From positions 1,116,001-1,180,000 of the forward strand of contig CM061247.1 of assembly GCA_022605425.2 (NCBI GenBank): 64,000 nt of DNA, given 5' to 3'. The translations under genes and the position numbers were made by a program. Positions 36,890 through 50,092 of this stretch are shown piece after piece (position 1 is the first letter of the stretch; the number at the start of each line of letters is the position of its first letter). The notes beneath the pieces were generated by a model. That model was not told where the DNA came from. It did no database searches and was given only the letters and a program-made list of their open reading frames with translations. Origin of the DNA: Hamiltosporidium tvaerminnensis FI-OER-3-3. Its lineage: Eukaryota > Fungi > Microsporidia.

Positions 36890-37095
36890 GCTTTGGCCAC
36901 TTTCCGTAATACCGCTCACCGGTCTTTTTCCAATGGGTTTGTTTATTTTTTCGGGTTTAGTGCCAAGGATGTTTTTAAGGATGGGTTGTTAGCCTTACGG
37001 CTAACCCAACCTGAAATACCAGCCTCTTTTAGTCGCCTCTTACAACAAGCAATGAATACTCAAAGTCAATTCTGATTCAAGCATGCTGGGGAAAA
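36890..37095 (-). other. GC-rich structured segment, possibly the 5' UTR of an RTE-type LINE relic
   Basis: Hairpin GGTT(GG)GTTAGCC-GTAA-GGCTAACAACC with a GNRA loop (36984-37011), and a second hairpin GTTGT-AAGAG-GCGAC followed by TAAA (37028-37046). The RTE assignment is from recall and is unverified. Confidence 0.5.
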
Positions 37096-39949
37096 AACTA
37101 GGTATATATAACCAAATTAACCGAAAGGGTAGTAATTTTTCTACTTGTTTAAATCGAAACAAAAAATATAATATTTGGCAGCAAAGGTTCAAAATTTATG
37201 ATCAAAGTTATGATTGTGTATGAATAATTTCATAAAGATAATCTGGAATAGTTACCGATTTAGAAAATCTCAATGAATCGAAATCTCTCAACCTGTATAA
37301 TATATTTTATTTGAAATTATTCAGATTTTCTCAAACATATTTTGAATATTCATTCTATTTGAAAAAATTTATTTATATAATTACAATTTAATATGACATA
37401 ACCCAAAATGCCACACTTAAAGCATCTTAATGTTTTAAATATGATTTCACATAAGAGGTTGGGAATACTACCATTCAGTCAATGTATCATAATTTGAAGT
37501 ATTTTTGACATATAAATCTATTTCATACTTTCATTTTCCTATTTTATTTCTAAATCATTGCTTTATAAATATTAAATTTATGCAATTTACTAAAAAGAGT
37601 GTCTGAAAAAAAATTCAGTATTGAAGAAAAACAAATTTAAAAACTCGCACTCCACATTGATTGTGTCATAAAGTTTAATTGTGAGCAAAATTCCAGACAA
37701 GAATTATAATTAAATTTTCTACCTCAATTCTTTTTGATACAAACCACCGATTCGCCATTTAGGAAAAACCATACTAAAAACACAATTCCGGGCTATACCT
37801 ATAGTCTAATTTACACTCATACACAAGACATTATTTACTAAGTCAAATGCATAATAACATACGAACCTACACCCTAAACCTTACTTTGTTCAAGATAACC
37901 TCTTTTTAAGTTGAATTTTCTGGGAAAAATCATCGCATAACGTATTGAATTTCATTACTCTAACTCTACCCAACGAAACCGGCCAAGGACACTGCTGAAA
38001 ATGTTTGTTTATGTAACTTCTCACCAATATAAAGACCGGAGATTGTTATTTTTTAGGAATGTATACAAAATAGAAGGTATATTATAAAATCTGGCGATTC
38101 TTCCTTGTTTCTTCAGGGAAACTTGATTTTGCCGTAAATCTCGATATGTTAGAAAAGGTGGAACGCGATAAGGTAGAAACTAAATAATGCATCAGATGAA
38201 ATAAGAGAGATCTGGAATTTCAATTGTCTTGCAGAGCCATAATTATTTCTTGATAACACAATATACACGGCCATACGAAATTATGATGTGAGTAACATAA
38301 AAATTATATGTCAAAGAATAAACGAGAAGGAGTTTTTGCTTTATAAACTTTCTAATAGAATGAATGATTCAAATTTTTTTCTTCTAAATAAAAAAGTATT
38401 TAAATATGCAGTTTTATGCATCTAGTTCAAAGCGAAAGTCGCGAAAATTATAAAGCTGCGCAAATTTACTAATTCAAAAAAATACACATAAAGGCCTGAA
38501 TTCGCCGTGAAGTAAAACATAAAAATTAAAGTTTTTCAAATATACTTTTAAAAATATTATTGAATGGGCAAGTGACGGATCGAACTTGTTCTTTCTCAAG
38601 AAAATCGTTTCGGGTAACTTACGTGAAAATTTAATTAAACTTGATTTAAAAAAATGATCTTTATGGGACTTTGGTGTAAAGAATTTGTCTTTGAATATTT
38701 TTTTTAAAAAGCTTATGCCGTATATAGGTATTAAGAAAGTCTGAAAAGCAACATATTTGAGATTTTTTGAAATAGACTTGATCAAGGGTCATTTTAATGT
38801 ATAAAATCAGGTAATCGAAAGGAAAATACAGAATCATAACTTTTAATTTACAGTTGTAAACATCAATGATATCGTGATCATGCCGTATTTTTACATGTAT
38901 TTATATCAAATACTTAGTTTGCAATGTTTTTGATCTTTGATAGATGTAAATTTAAATGATTTTCTCCCTGGAGAAAAGCTTTTGGAATCGAGGTATTTGT
39001 AATTTATACCTTAGAATGACCCGACTCTTTGGAAATATATCTAAGATATTGTGATGGTACTATAACTTTAAGTAATATTTCAACTTGAGTTGTTTTGCTG
39101 TAAGCAACGTATTATATCTAGGCTTATTCTTGAATAGGCTCTGATGAAAGACAATCATTTATATTACAAACCTTACTATTTTTGTGAAAAAAAAACTTAT
39201 ATCAATGGTAATAAACCAAGAAATAAAGGACTAAAATACTAGAACAGAAACTTTTTGAGCTAAAGGGTTGGAAAGAGCAAAATATTGAGTCCTTTCAAAC
39301 CTTGTGCGATAGGTTAAGACAAAAAAATTAACGTAAAACTTTTTAATATTAAAATATCATATTCTATATTCATTATGTTTAGTTAAAAAAACGCATTACA
39401 AAACCGAAACTGTCTGGTTCTTTTTTATAATTCATCATGTCGCCAATATCAAAATTGAGAATTCAAATATCTGTAAATTTTAAAAAAATTAAAGCCAAAC
39501 AGTTTAACAAAGAATTTTGGGATTCAATAGTGTTTTTAGACTGATTTTTGTGTTATGAACTCATTTTTGAATTCTAAGTTCGAAACAAGAACTATGAAAT
39601 GAGTCAATATATACAGAAAGCGAATTTGAAGTTGCCTTTCTTAATGTTTATTGCACATTCTGATTCTTTTTATACGCGGGATAGACATGTATTAATAACA
39701 AATTGGGTATATTATTTCTTTTCGAAGGATTTTGCATAAGATTACAGCAGGATTTAGCTAGAATGATAATAGATGTGAAAGCACTGCAATTTTCTAGAAA
39801 GTCTTTATGTCAATAACTATTTAGAAATAATCGAATGTAGAAAGAAATACATGTATTGTTTTATTAATTCCCGTAAATGTAGTTATATTAGAATTTTGAA
39901 AACTTGTGAAACTAAAAATAATATGAAAATATAGTTAATGCACTTTATG

Positions 39950-41100
39950 AAAATGCCATATCGTCAATCAACTATAAATAGTAGTAGTTTGACTTGAACT
40001 GAATATTTTTTCAGTTGGAGGAATTAGAATGTGGAGATTGTAAGCAAAAAAAAGAAAGCCTATTAAGACTAGTGTGTAAAAGGCATCTCTATTTACTTGA
40101 GTTGGAACCATGAGTGGGACTTAAGCCTGTAAAGAAATAAGCTAGCAGAACAGGTGCTTGTGCAACTCATTAGTCGATTGGAATGAAATAAATGCATATC
40201 TATTCCAAGAGCAGCAATCTAACATAAAAAATTATAATAAAACACAACTTAGATTGTTAAAGGTCTTTTTTTAGATTAAACATAGGTAAAAAGTATGAAT
40301 TACAAGATATTATAAAAAAAAACTTTACTCGCAAGTTTTTATATTTCAATAGAACGAAGAAAATAATATTTAGAATTATTAATGGTTGATAGGATTTGCT
40401 CATAAGTTAAACCGATTCTTCAAAACACTATGCGAAAAAAGATAGGGTCACTGGTGAGACAAACTTTGTAATATTCAGGTCGAAATATAGTTTAGGGTAT
40501 GTAATGGAATTTTCAGAATTGTAAAAAACTTTATAAAAAAGTTAAACCACTCGGCTAGTTGATGTAGGGAAATACATAGGTAAACTAATTGTATGCATAA
40601 TGAAATTTATCGTGTATACATATATTTTCCAATAATAAATATAATTTTAAGTTTTGAAAACGAATAAAGAGTTAGGTATTATATGAAATCTTTCGGGATA
40701 AATGTTTAAAAATTAGTCTAAACAAGGATGGAACTTGATGCCTATAGATATTAAACGACAAAATAATTTATGACTGTAGAACTTACATAAATTTTTAAAG
40801 ATTGAGGGTTTTATTTCATAGAATTGATTGCTAATTGTTAAAGCAAAACATCTAAAAAACTACGAATATTCGTGGTTAAACTAGGTCTTTTATACAAGTA
40901 TAAAGGTAATGATTCTTGTGAATAGTTATCATGTTATTGTAAAAAAACAAAATGAAAATAAATTCAAGGAAGTTTAAATGGTTCTATAGATAGAAGTATA
41001 CGTTCAATCAATGGTACCCAACGACTTTATAAAACATTTCATCATCGATGAAGAGATTTATACACAATAAAAAAGCTGACGAGATCTGTTAAACAGCATA
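39950..41100 (+). mobile_element. Decayed Ty3/gypsy pol relic (RNase H-integrase)
   Basis: Motif remnants in the expected order: ASRTGACA (~40141, like TDAS..G.GAVL), KNYNKTQL (~40226, like NYS.TE.E), FRSKYSLG (~40475, like F.I.Y.PG) and SINGTQRLYKT (~41004, like SNG..ER..KT). Confidence 0.5.
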
Positions 41101-42843
41101 AAAGGTGATTATAGGCGACACTGTGAGAAAGATACATCTTATACCTTTCCATATTAAAAAACTAACGAAGAAGGCAATCTTTATTACCAATCATTAAAAT
41201 TTATTAGTCTAAAAATGTAAATAAAACAATATAAATCAAAGATGGACACAAAATATAGAAAAACAGTCCGATATAAGGGAATAATCAATTAAAACAAGAA
41301 GTGAGGTAAACTTTATTACGTAAAAGCAAAAGAAAAATTTTTTAATCGTTAGTATATTTTTTTTATTTTACAATATTCTATCATATAAACATATTTTAGA
41401 TTGTTGCTGAATTAATGTCATAAAACGAATGGTTTAATCTAGTTCTAGCATTTAAATTCTATATAATGGTACATTAAAATACATTTAAAAGCAAAGAATG
41501 CCTAATTGGCTTCTATAAAAACTAAGATTTTTATGATATTCTTTGGCAATTAAAAGTTTTAATTTGAAACTTTTTAGCAAAAATTATTAGTTCAGGTACT
41601 TTTTAGAAGACTAGGTCGTGTATAGAAAAGTATTCTTAACAAAAAATAACTATAGAGCTAGGATCTTATTTTTTTGCATAACAAATTCTATTTGATATTT
41701 TATAATCAATTAAACTTTAATTATTGCTGTCTATATATTAAAAGATAGTTATTTGTACTTTTTTATAGATTTTTTTTCATAACTCTAACATGATTATTGT
41801 GAATTTTGAATATATTGCTTAGGTTCATATATATATTATAGCTTATAATAAACTTAGAGCTAAATTCTTTTTCATTGCAAGCATAAAAAAAGCGATTTGT
41901 TTCAATAAATTATCGAAAAATAATATTTAATAATTGAATATAGTTCAAAGTATTTCAGATAAAAAAAGCTAATGTAATAATTTTTCACAGAAATAAAGTC
42001 TCATAATATAATAAAGCAATTTTATAAACTATGAGTTGGTAATATAATATACCGATGAATTGCTCAAGTTGTGACTCTTGTTTAGCATGGAGTTTAATGG
42101 AAAAGTGAATGTGATATAACATATAGAAAAAAAACAAGAAAAATCTAAATTTTTAAAAAACTACAGATAGATTCTGGGTATTATGATTATGAAATATCCG
42201 TAATATATTGAAAATTTAGATAATGTACTACCAGGGAAAAAATTTTTATCAAAATTCCCTGATTTGAAGTTAAGTATATTTCTAATAACTTTATAAATAA
42301 CTTTAATATTTTAGTAATATATATATTGAAATGTTTATTATATTCTGAATTATCAGCCAAAATCATCTAACTAGTGTTAAATCTGATGGAATAATATAAT
42401 AAAATATTTGTCTCGCGATGAGTTCGGTTATATTTGCCCTTAGAACAAATATCTATTGTTTGCAGCGAAGACTAAACTGAAACTTAAATTCAAGAATATA
42501 TAATAATCTAACATTTTTTTCTTAGCAAAGATGTGCATATTTTGAATAGATGATTTTTAAAAAACCCGCAGATATTCAAGCCAATCATTCGTAATTCCAA
42601 CTTTATATTTTTTAAAGAATCCAAAAGGAACAGAATGTATTTAATAACTAGAAATGAATTTGCACGAAACGCTTCTTTTTACTTTAAAAAAGAAAAATAA
42701 AAAGATTTTCTTAACATTATTTTACGTTTAATGTTATAAAAAACCCAATTAGAAATTATTTTATAATATCTATATTAGAATATAATACCTGATAAAAGAT
42801 TTACTTGGTAAAAAAAATAACCAAAACTTGTTCTTTAATTTTT

Positions 42844-44763
42844 TTAAGTGGATTTTCTTTGAAGTTTCAAACGCATCTCCGGTCTTAAATATTGATTTAA
42901 AAGCACTATTGAAACAAAAATAATCGCAGCAGTTATTCCAAAAAATAAATAAGTCATTAGTTTTATATCAATCTCTTCTATTTCAAAAAAACCTCCTAAA
43001 ACGGATTTTAATTTATCTAAAGACCATGTTAAAGATGGAAAATATTTGCTATTTGAAAATATTTTTTTATCAATGGAATCAATACATTTCATTGAAAAAA
43101 TATATCTTATATCGTAAAAAGGCACTAATGCAAATATTCGAAATATTTTTATGTATTTAAATTTAGCAGTCTTTTTCAGATAAAAATGCATCAAAGCCAA
43201 TAGATGAGGTGAAATCGAAGTGCTTAGCGAAAATATCATGTTCAAAATTGATGGGAAAGCAGTATTATTTGCGATTGTACCAATTAAAAGTAACAACGGC
43301 AAAAAACTGAAATAAGATATTGAAGAGAATAAATAAAAGTGAGAATATAGAAAATCTCCAAAGTATAATTTAAATATACCAATAAAAAGTCCAGTACTTA
43401 GTATATTTAAAATAATTTGATAAAATAAAACTGAAGTATAATATGAGATGGTTGTAAAACTTCGCACGCTTATTTCTCGTTTAATACAATTTCTTTCATT
43501 CAGAAAAGAATGCGATACAGATCCATTAAAAACAGACGAAAAGACGGATTGAGCATTGATCAAAAGAACAGAAATGATTATTCTTTCGTATTCCCTTTTA
43601 ATGGCTAGTTCATTTGAATCGAAGTAAAAATCTCTAAGCTGTAATGCGTTTGTGTGATCTATTTGTAAAACGATACTTAGTAATGCTTGTACGCTGTATT
43701 CACGCCATTTAGCGTAAATACAATCAATGTTTATTATGCCAAATGCTAAAAGTGCGATGAAAAAATATAATAAATATTGCAAACTATTTGTACCGAAAAA
43801 ATATAATCTAAATCTCCTTTCGAGAAGAATTAATACGTGAAAAAAATTTGGGAAAAACCCGTTATAGAACATATTTCTTGTAGCTTCTTTTGTTATTTTA
43901 TATTCTTCTTGATTTCCCAATGTTTCTGTAATCATTTTATTAATAGAAGTAAGATTCTCAGGTATTTCTTTATATTCTTCTCTAAATTTAAGTATTTCAA
44001 TCGCGAATTCAGGTTCTGAACAAAATTCTCGTTTTATAAAACCAAATGATTCTGCCTTGGATTTGAACTCTAGCGCTGTATTATTATAAACTGTATTTCC
44101 GTTAAACAATAGAATTAATCGATCAAAAAGAAGAAACATTTCGTATGATGGTTGATGTATTGTAAATATAATCGTAACATTGTTTTTTTCGGCTATTTTT
44201 TTAAATAATTTTATTATATCTAATGCATATGACGAATCAAGCCCGCTGGTAGGTTCATCAAGTAAAATTATTTTAGGATCTGTAACAAGTTCAACTCCTA
44301 TCATTGTTCTCTTTCTTTCTCCACCTGAGATACTTTTTGTCCGATTATCGGCTACTTTCGTTAGATCTAAACTAGTTAGGATTGCATCAACTTTATCTTT
44401 TACTTTAATGTTCGTATTCTTGAGTCTAAATTTGGCTGAATATGTTATGGTTTGTCTAATAGTAAGATCGTCAAAACAACAGTCATCTTGATCTACAAAG
44501 GCAACATTATTGATCCAATCTGATTGTTTTCTTTCGGATTTATTACATGTAATCACTCCAGATGTTCTGCTGCCATCCGGAATTCTTCCTGCTAATGCTT
44601 TGAGTAAAGTAGTTTTTCCAGATCCACTTGGACCCATTATAGCGCACAATTCACCGACTTTAGCTTCTCCGTATGCATTTTGAACCAACTTTATATATTT
44701 CTTGTCTATACTTTTGTTTTTATTAATTAATTCAATATTTAAATTTTTCCATTCAACATTCAT
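42844..44763 (-). CDS. ABCG-family (White/BCRP-type) half ABC transporter, NBD-TMD
   Basis: Walker A GPSGSGKT, signature ISGGE, Walker B ILLDEPTSGLD, H-loop TIHQP and a C-terminal multi-TM domain. Start context is CCCCtt-ATG. Confidence 0.97.
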   Translation of the reverse strand: MNVEWKNLNIELINKNKSIDKKYIKLVQNAYGEAKVGELCAIMGPSGSGKTTLLKALAGRIPDGSRTSGVITCNKSERKQSDWINNVAFVDQDDCCFDDLTIRQTITYSAKFRLKNTNIKVKDKVDAILTSLDLTKVADNRTKSISGGERKRTMIGVELVTDPKIILLDEPTSGLDSSYALDIIKLFKKIAEKNNVTIIFTIHQPSYEMFLLFDRLILLFNGNTVYNNTALEFKSKAESFGFIKREFCSEPEFAIEILKFREEYKEIPENLTSINKMITETLGNQEEYKITKEATRNMFYNGFFPNFFHVLILLERRFRLYFFGTNSLQYLLYFFIALLAFGIINIDCIYAKWREYSVQALLSIVLQIDHTNALQLRDFYFDSNELAIKREYERIIISVLLINAQSVFSSVFNGSVSHSFLNERNCIKREISVRSFTTISYYTSVLFYQIILNILSTGLFIGIFKLYFGDFLYSHFYLFSSISYFSFLPLLLLIGTIANNTAFPSILNMIFSLSTSISPHLLALMHFYLKKTAKFKYIKIFRIFALVPFYDIRYIFSMKCIDSIDKKIFSNSKYFPSLTWSLDKLKSVLGGFFEIEEIDIKLMTYLFFGITAAIIFVSIVLLNQYLRPEMRLKLQRKST

Positions 44764-46819
44764 AAGGGGATTTCTCTTTTGACTATAAATATATTATTTT
44801 AGTAAAAAAAATATAAGCGTTATTATCTCACTATCTTCACTAAATTTTTTTATCGTACGGATATTTCCCTTTTATAGTAATTTAATTTTAATCAACCAAA
44901 AAAAGGATGATTTCATCAAATTGCAAATAGGTTATGTTATCTTAATCTAAAAAATCTCTGTATAAGCTTTTTGGAAATAAAACTTAATCTATATTTTAAA
45001 TAAACGATATAGAAAAAAATCTATTGTAATTAAGACTTTTATAAAAAAAATGCAATTCCCAATTCAATATTTTGCAATTAGATGTTTAGTCTGAGTTCTT
45101 TATTCGGCGTGTCTTTGCCTTTCCTTTCATTATATTTATTCTTGTGGTTCACATCAAACTTTTAATCTACGTTATTTTATAAATATTTTGTCGCTGATTA
45201 CTTATCGATCTCTTTGTATAATAATTTTTGTCGTTTCTATACATATGTAGTGGGTATATGTGTTCTAATATCTAGGCTTCTTTTATGGCTCTCTATGTGC
45301 TCATTCGTATTCTCATCGGCATTTAGCATGCTTTAATCTGCCTTTTTAAACGTAAGAATTAGACTCAGATATCTTTATGAAGCCAGAAGACTATTTGCAT
45401 GTTTTTATTCATAACCGTAGATTCGGTTTTATAAAAGCAAATTGGTATTCGTTGGCAAAATGGTAGCTGTAATATTCCACTACATAATTATAGGTTATTG
45501 AATTACCTTATAAAATATAAAATTATATTTATTAAAACTCGAATGGTGGAAGAAAGAAAAACCAAGAATCGGAATATAAAATTAAATAAATCTTTCGTCG
45601 ATCAAAACAACCCTTTGGTTACTCGGGTTAACAATCTCTTTAATTCGAATGGTATAGCCTGCCAGCATCAAAGATACCTTTTATCTAGGTGCCTCGAAAG
45701 AGGTCACGACAGTAGCGTATTCTAAACATGCAAATTATTTTGAGAATTTTTAAATAAATTTGTTCTTTAGGCAGTTCAATTTTGTAATTTTTTTTTCTTT
45801 TTTTAGTAATATCTAGCCAGAAGATATAATTTTATTATAAGCATACAAAATATTACCTTTGATCTTATTATAAATAAGAAATTCATATGAATTTTCAAAC
45901 AATAAATACATTTAAACTTGTCTGATTACACTTTGAACACTGCTTAAGAATTCTAATATAGATGTGCCTTTTTTATCAGCGACATTTGAATAATTTTTAA
46001 AAGAATCGAATTGAAAGGCAAATAAAATATTTGAATTACCATGAAGCTAACATTATGCTTGTAATTTCGAAGTATTGGGTTTTTTGTAATTTAATAAGTA
46101 TTAAATGTATATTTTAAAAATCTTTTATTTGTTTTTTCTTTATACATTCTTATAACGGATTAGCAAATCATTTTATTGTTAATAGTTTTATTTATATATT
46201 TCAGGACGATCCGAAAGCATATTCAGACACCTAATTATATATTATTGGTCTACATATGATTTTTTTGCCTTTATTTTTGTTTTTGAGGTTGTTAGATCGT
46301 TTTGGGCTTTAATTTTTCCAGTTTAACATCTATCTTAGGGTCTTGGCTACTAATCGTTCTAAAAATGTTCAATAAGAAACATCATTAATATGTTTAGAAG
46401 TTCTACTTTTTGAAATTTTATTCTAATAGAAGATTAATTTAAGGCACTAACGAGATTTTATCCTGAAACCGAAAAAATTTGCACAAAATTTGAAATGAAA
46501 GCACATATATAAAAACAAATTTTATATTTGGGCTTAAATCATATATTTGTTAGTTCATTTGGGCTTATCGAATACTCCTTATGATAATCATTGGATTAAA
46601 GTCAATATTGTATAATATGAAAACACTTTGATTGATTTGAAGGCGTATACGTTATCGAAGACGATTTGCTCCGTTTTCAATAAGCGCTCGTTATTTTTTA
46701 AAAAATTTTTACTTTTTAAAATATCCTCTTTTTTTTAAAAAATCTCGTTTTTTTGGCATAGCCTTATTCTCTGTTCGTTTCCTGCTAATTTTATACTTCA
46801 CCTGGCGACATTATTTTCT

Positions 46820-47120
46820 GCGTATTTTAACTAACCATACGATCTGAATAATTATTTTGTAAAAAGTAAATTAAGACTTGATAAATATACACAGGGTGGA
46901 GTGAAGATAGCCATATTAAAAACTATCAGATTGGGAACGAATGCGTATAATTGGTGTGAAAATCAATGTTGCAATTTTAATCTGATATAAACTACACTTG
47001 ATCTATATGAATATCTCGTATAATCCCGAGTTAAAACATATTAAAAGAAACAAATAGAAAAATTCTATTTAATCCTCCTCGACACCGGGAGGTAAAAGAG
47101 GAATGGAATAAGTAAGTAAA
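46820..47120 (+). repeat. Dispersed repeat family C, copy 2
   Basis: Inverted homologue of 13685-13970. Confidence 0.7.
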
Positions 47121-47231
47121 AATATACCCCATGAAATAATTTTGTTTATTTTCTTTCTTCTTTTAGGGTTTGTATGACGAGAAAGTCTACAAAATAAAAA
47201 ATTTTCTAAAAAGAAGTTTAGTTTTTTTTCA

Positions 47232-47712
47232 TGTAACCAAACCGCTGATTACAGCTGAACTCGTAAGCATTTGACATGTAAATACATGAAAACTTTGCAT
47301 ATATCATTCGTAGAGAAGACTTGGCGCCAGGGGGATATAAAAATATAAACCTTTAAAGTCAGGAAAGTTAAGATGCAGGTTATACTCGTTGGTATGATAT
47401 TGCAATATTGAGATGAAATCCATATAATTCGGAAGATATATATTAGCCGGAAGTTTATGGGATCCGAATATGTAGAGTAGGTTAGTATGTTGAATTCTTT
47501 TGGAAAGCTCAGGTTGGTTTCGATCTACAATCACACTCCATGCAACTAACAAAATGAAGTTCGGACAACTGCCTCGTCGTTTAAGTCGGTATACACATTT
47601 TTTAGAAGAAAGGCCTTGGGATATAGGTATCGTAGGATGTACCAATGAAGTGGATGAGTAGCAGTTATTTAGAGAACTAGATGTGGGTTAAAGTCATGAA
47701 AACAATATAACA
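47232..47712 (-). mobile_element. LTR-like repeat, copy 1 (481 bp), preceded by a degenerate polypurine tract
   Basis: The minus strand reads TGTTATA...GTTACA and is preceded by AAAAACAGTGGCAAG. It is homologous along its length to 52012-52488 (caactgcctcgtc, gttggtatgatatt, gtcatgaaaaca, taacacttgccac). Confidence 0.65.
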
Positions 47713-49871
47713 CTTGCCACTGTTTTTCAAAAAGACTTGATATTTTTAAATAAGAATGTTATTTTCTTTAATATTTGAAAATTTCTTATCACATGTAAAA
47801 ACACTAATCTTTCTTAAAAAATACACGCGTTTTCACATGAATATTATGTTTCGGGGTTCTTTTTATCATTTAATATAATATTGTTTCGAAATTTTAATTA
47901 ACTCTCACAAAATTCAATTCAAAAAAGATAATTTCTCCATTGATGTAAATAAACAATGGTGATAACGGAAAAAATTTGGGGATGGCAGTAGAAATATAGA
48001 TGTATTTCTTAGGAAATTTTAATATTATTATTTGGCTATGATTCATTATATTCATAATATAAAAATATTACATCTCAATGTCTTTATTTTCGACTTCTTT
48101 TTTTGACTGATTCAAACATTTTAAAAACGAGTTATTATCTAGATCAAAAAAATATTAGGAACTTGAATATATGTGAATTGTATAGCCTGCTCTTTTAATT
48201 TTTTATAGATGAGTTTTACATGAATTATTTGATTCATTAATAATTTAAAAGAGAAATATAGACGCACCTAAACAGATACGGCTGCTAATTTCTTCGAATT
48301 TTATGCTGTATTCAGTAAGAACGGGTGTAAAATATCTTTGAAGTTAGGAAAGAACGTAAGTATGTTTTTTACGATATAATTTGCAAATAAAAAAATTTTA
48401 GACTTACATTTTTGTTGTGAGGATACTTCCAAATTTATAGAATAAAGAGATTGTGTAATATTTAGAAAATATGAAAAAAGACTAAAATAGAAGGATGAAT
48501 CTAATAGAATCATCAAATTGAAATTACCAGGTTAAAAACCTACTCTCTTCCACGAAAAATGCAAGAAAATATCTGAAAAATCTGTTGCTATATTGAATAA
48601 AATAATAAATATAAAATTTCCTGATATAAAAAAAGCATATTTATATTAAACTAACTAAGTCATAAGATTTAATTTATAAAAAAACTGTATTTGTTTAAAA
48701 CTAAAAGCACTTATAAAAATTCTATTACTTTGGTGAATCGGAATTTAAACACATGGTTTTACAAATATATAATAACTTTGAATATTGTCAAAAATCACCA
48801 GATAGTTTTTTTTAGTCGATTCCTAATCATACAGACTATTTATGGATTAAAATTGTTAAAAATGGATTTAACCAACACTTTGCAGACCTAGAAAAAATTC
48901 TCGGAAAAATTAGATTACATTTTACACTAATTATCGATAAATTTCTCTGGTTAATTATACAACAAATAATAAATTCAACCAAAGAGTTCAAATGGGTTTT
49001 CCAAATAATCATAAGCGATAGATACTAAAAATACTCAAATATACTTTTTGTCTGCTTGTTGCGGACATAAACTATCTTGGAGAATCTAAATATAAACCCT
49101 TAAATTTTAGATTCTTAAGTAATTATTGAAAGCGGCCTTCATATAAAATATATTCTAATTAAAAATATTCTTTACATAATTAAATCAGTAATAAAAGTAA
49201 GTTGAGGTGTAACAATTGTAATTTCGACTCTCTCAATTTCTAAAAATGTGTTGGTTTAAGTATCTTTTAATTTACAAGACTGAAGTAAACCATGGTAAAT
49301 TAATATTCAAACTATTTGAAACAATTTTTTACACTTTTAATTTTATATGAATAGTTTCCTATGTAAACTGCGAATTTTTAAATAATAATATGCAAAAAAA
49401 TATTTTATAATTTGAGCAATATCAAGATTGTTAAGTGTTAATTTCTAGGTGATTCATAGCTAATAACAAGAATCTTGAAGAATACGTGACATTGAAATCA
49501 AAATATCCATCATAGGTCCAATAAAAATAGAAGTTTTCCAAATATAATTCCCGAAAAAAGTAAAAATATATACTCTTAGATCACTTTAGATATTTTTTTA
49601 CTGAGTATAATGACAAAAAGTTTGGAATAAAAATATTTATACTCCTAGAAAACCAAATATACCAAATTAAACCCCTTAAAATATTTTCTTCTATTGCTGT
49701 AAAGATTCAATATACTCAATAAGTAGAATAGACAACCTCAATTGTGACTTATAAAACTAAAAACACCCAAAGTTTTTTTTAAAAAAAATAAAAAAAGATA
49801 AAAATATGATGAATAAAATATTAAAAGAATCAAGAAATTTCTCTATCAAAAAAACCTAAATTTAAATCTTT

Positions 49872-49955
49872 ATTTAAAAGTATCACATCATTTCAAAATA
49901 GGGAAGTGTTATATTTGTTTTCATGACATTAACGCAAAAAGACCTAAATTTAAAT
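49872..49955 (+). repeat. Truncated third copy of the PPT/LTR start, inverted relative to the other two
   Basis: atttaaaagtatcacatc...AAAATAGGGAAG|TGTTATATTTGTTTTCATGACATTAAC is the reverse complement of ~52462-52525. Confidence 0.8.
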
Positions 49956-50092
49956 AAAATATCCCTCGTTATATTATATTGACTAATAAATACTTAAAGC
50001 ATTATTTTTTCTGTTTTTTTTAGTGGATATTTTATTAGAAAAATGCCCAAATATTTTAAAAAAATATAAAAAGATTTAAAATTTGTATACCG

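Noticed and set aside
45280-45725. Slightly GC-richer segment with a small hairpin and 75-aa ORF
   Set aside because: No recognisable motif, termini or second copy in the window; probably an unidentifiable TE relic.
47304-47645. 113-aa ORF in the LTR-like repeat
   Set aside because: It has a non-ATG start and the frame is not preserved in the second copy.
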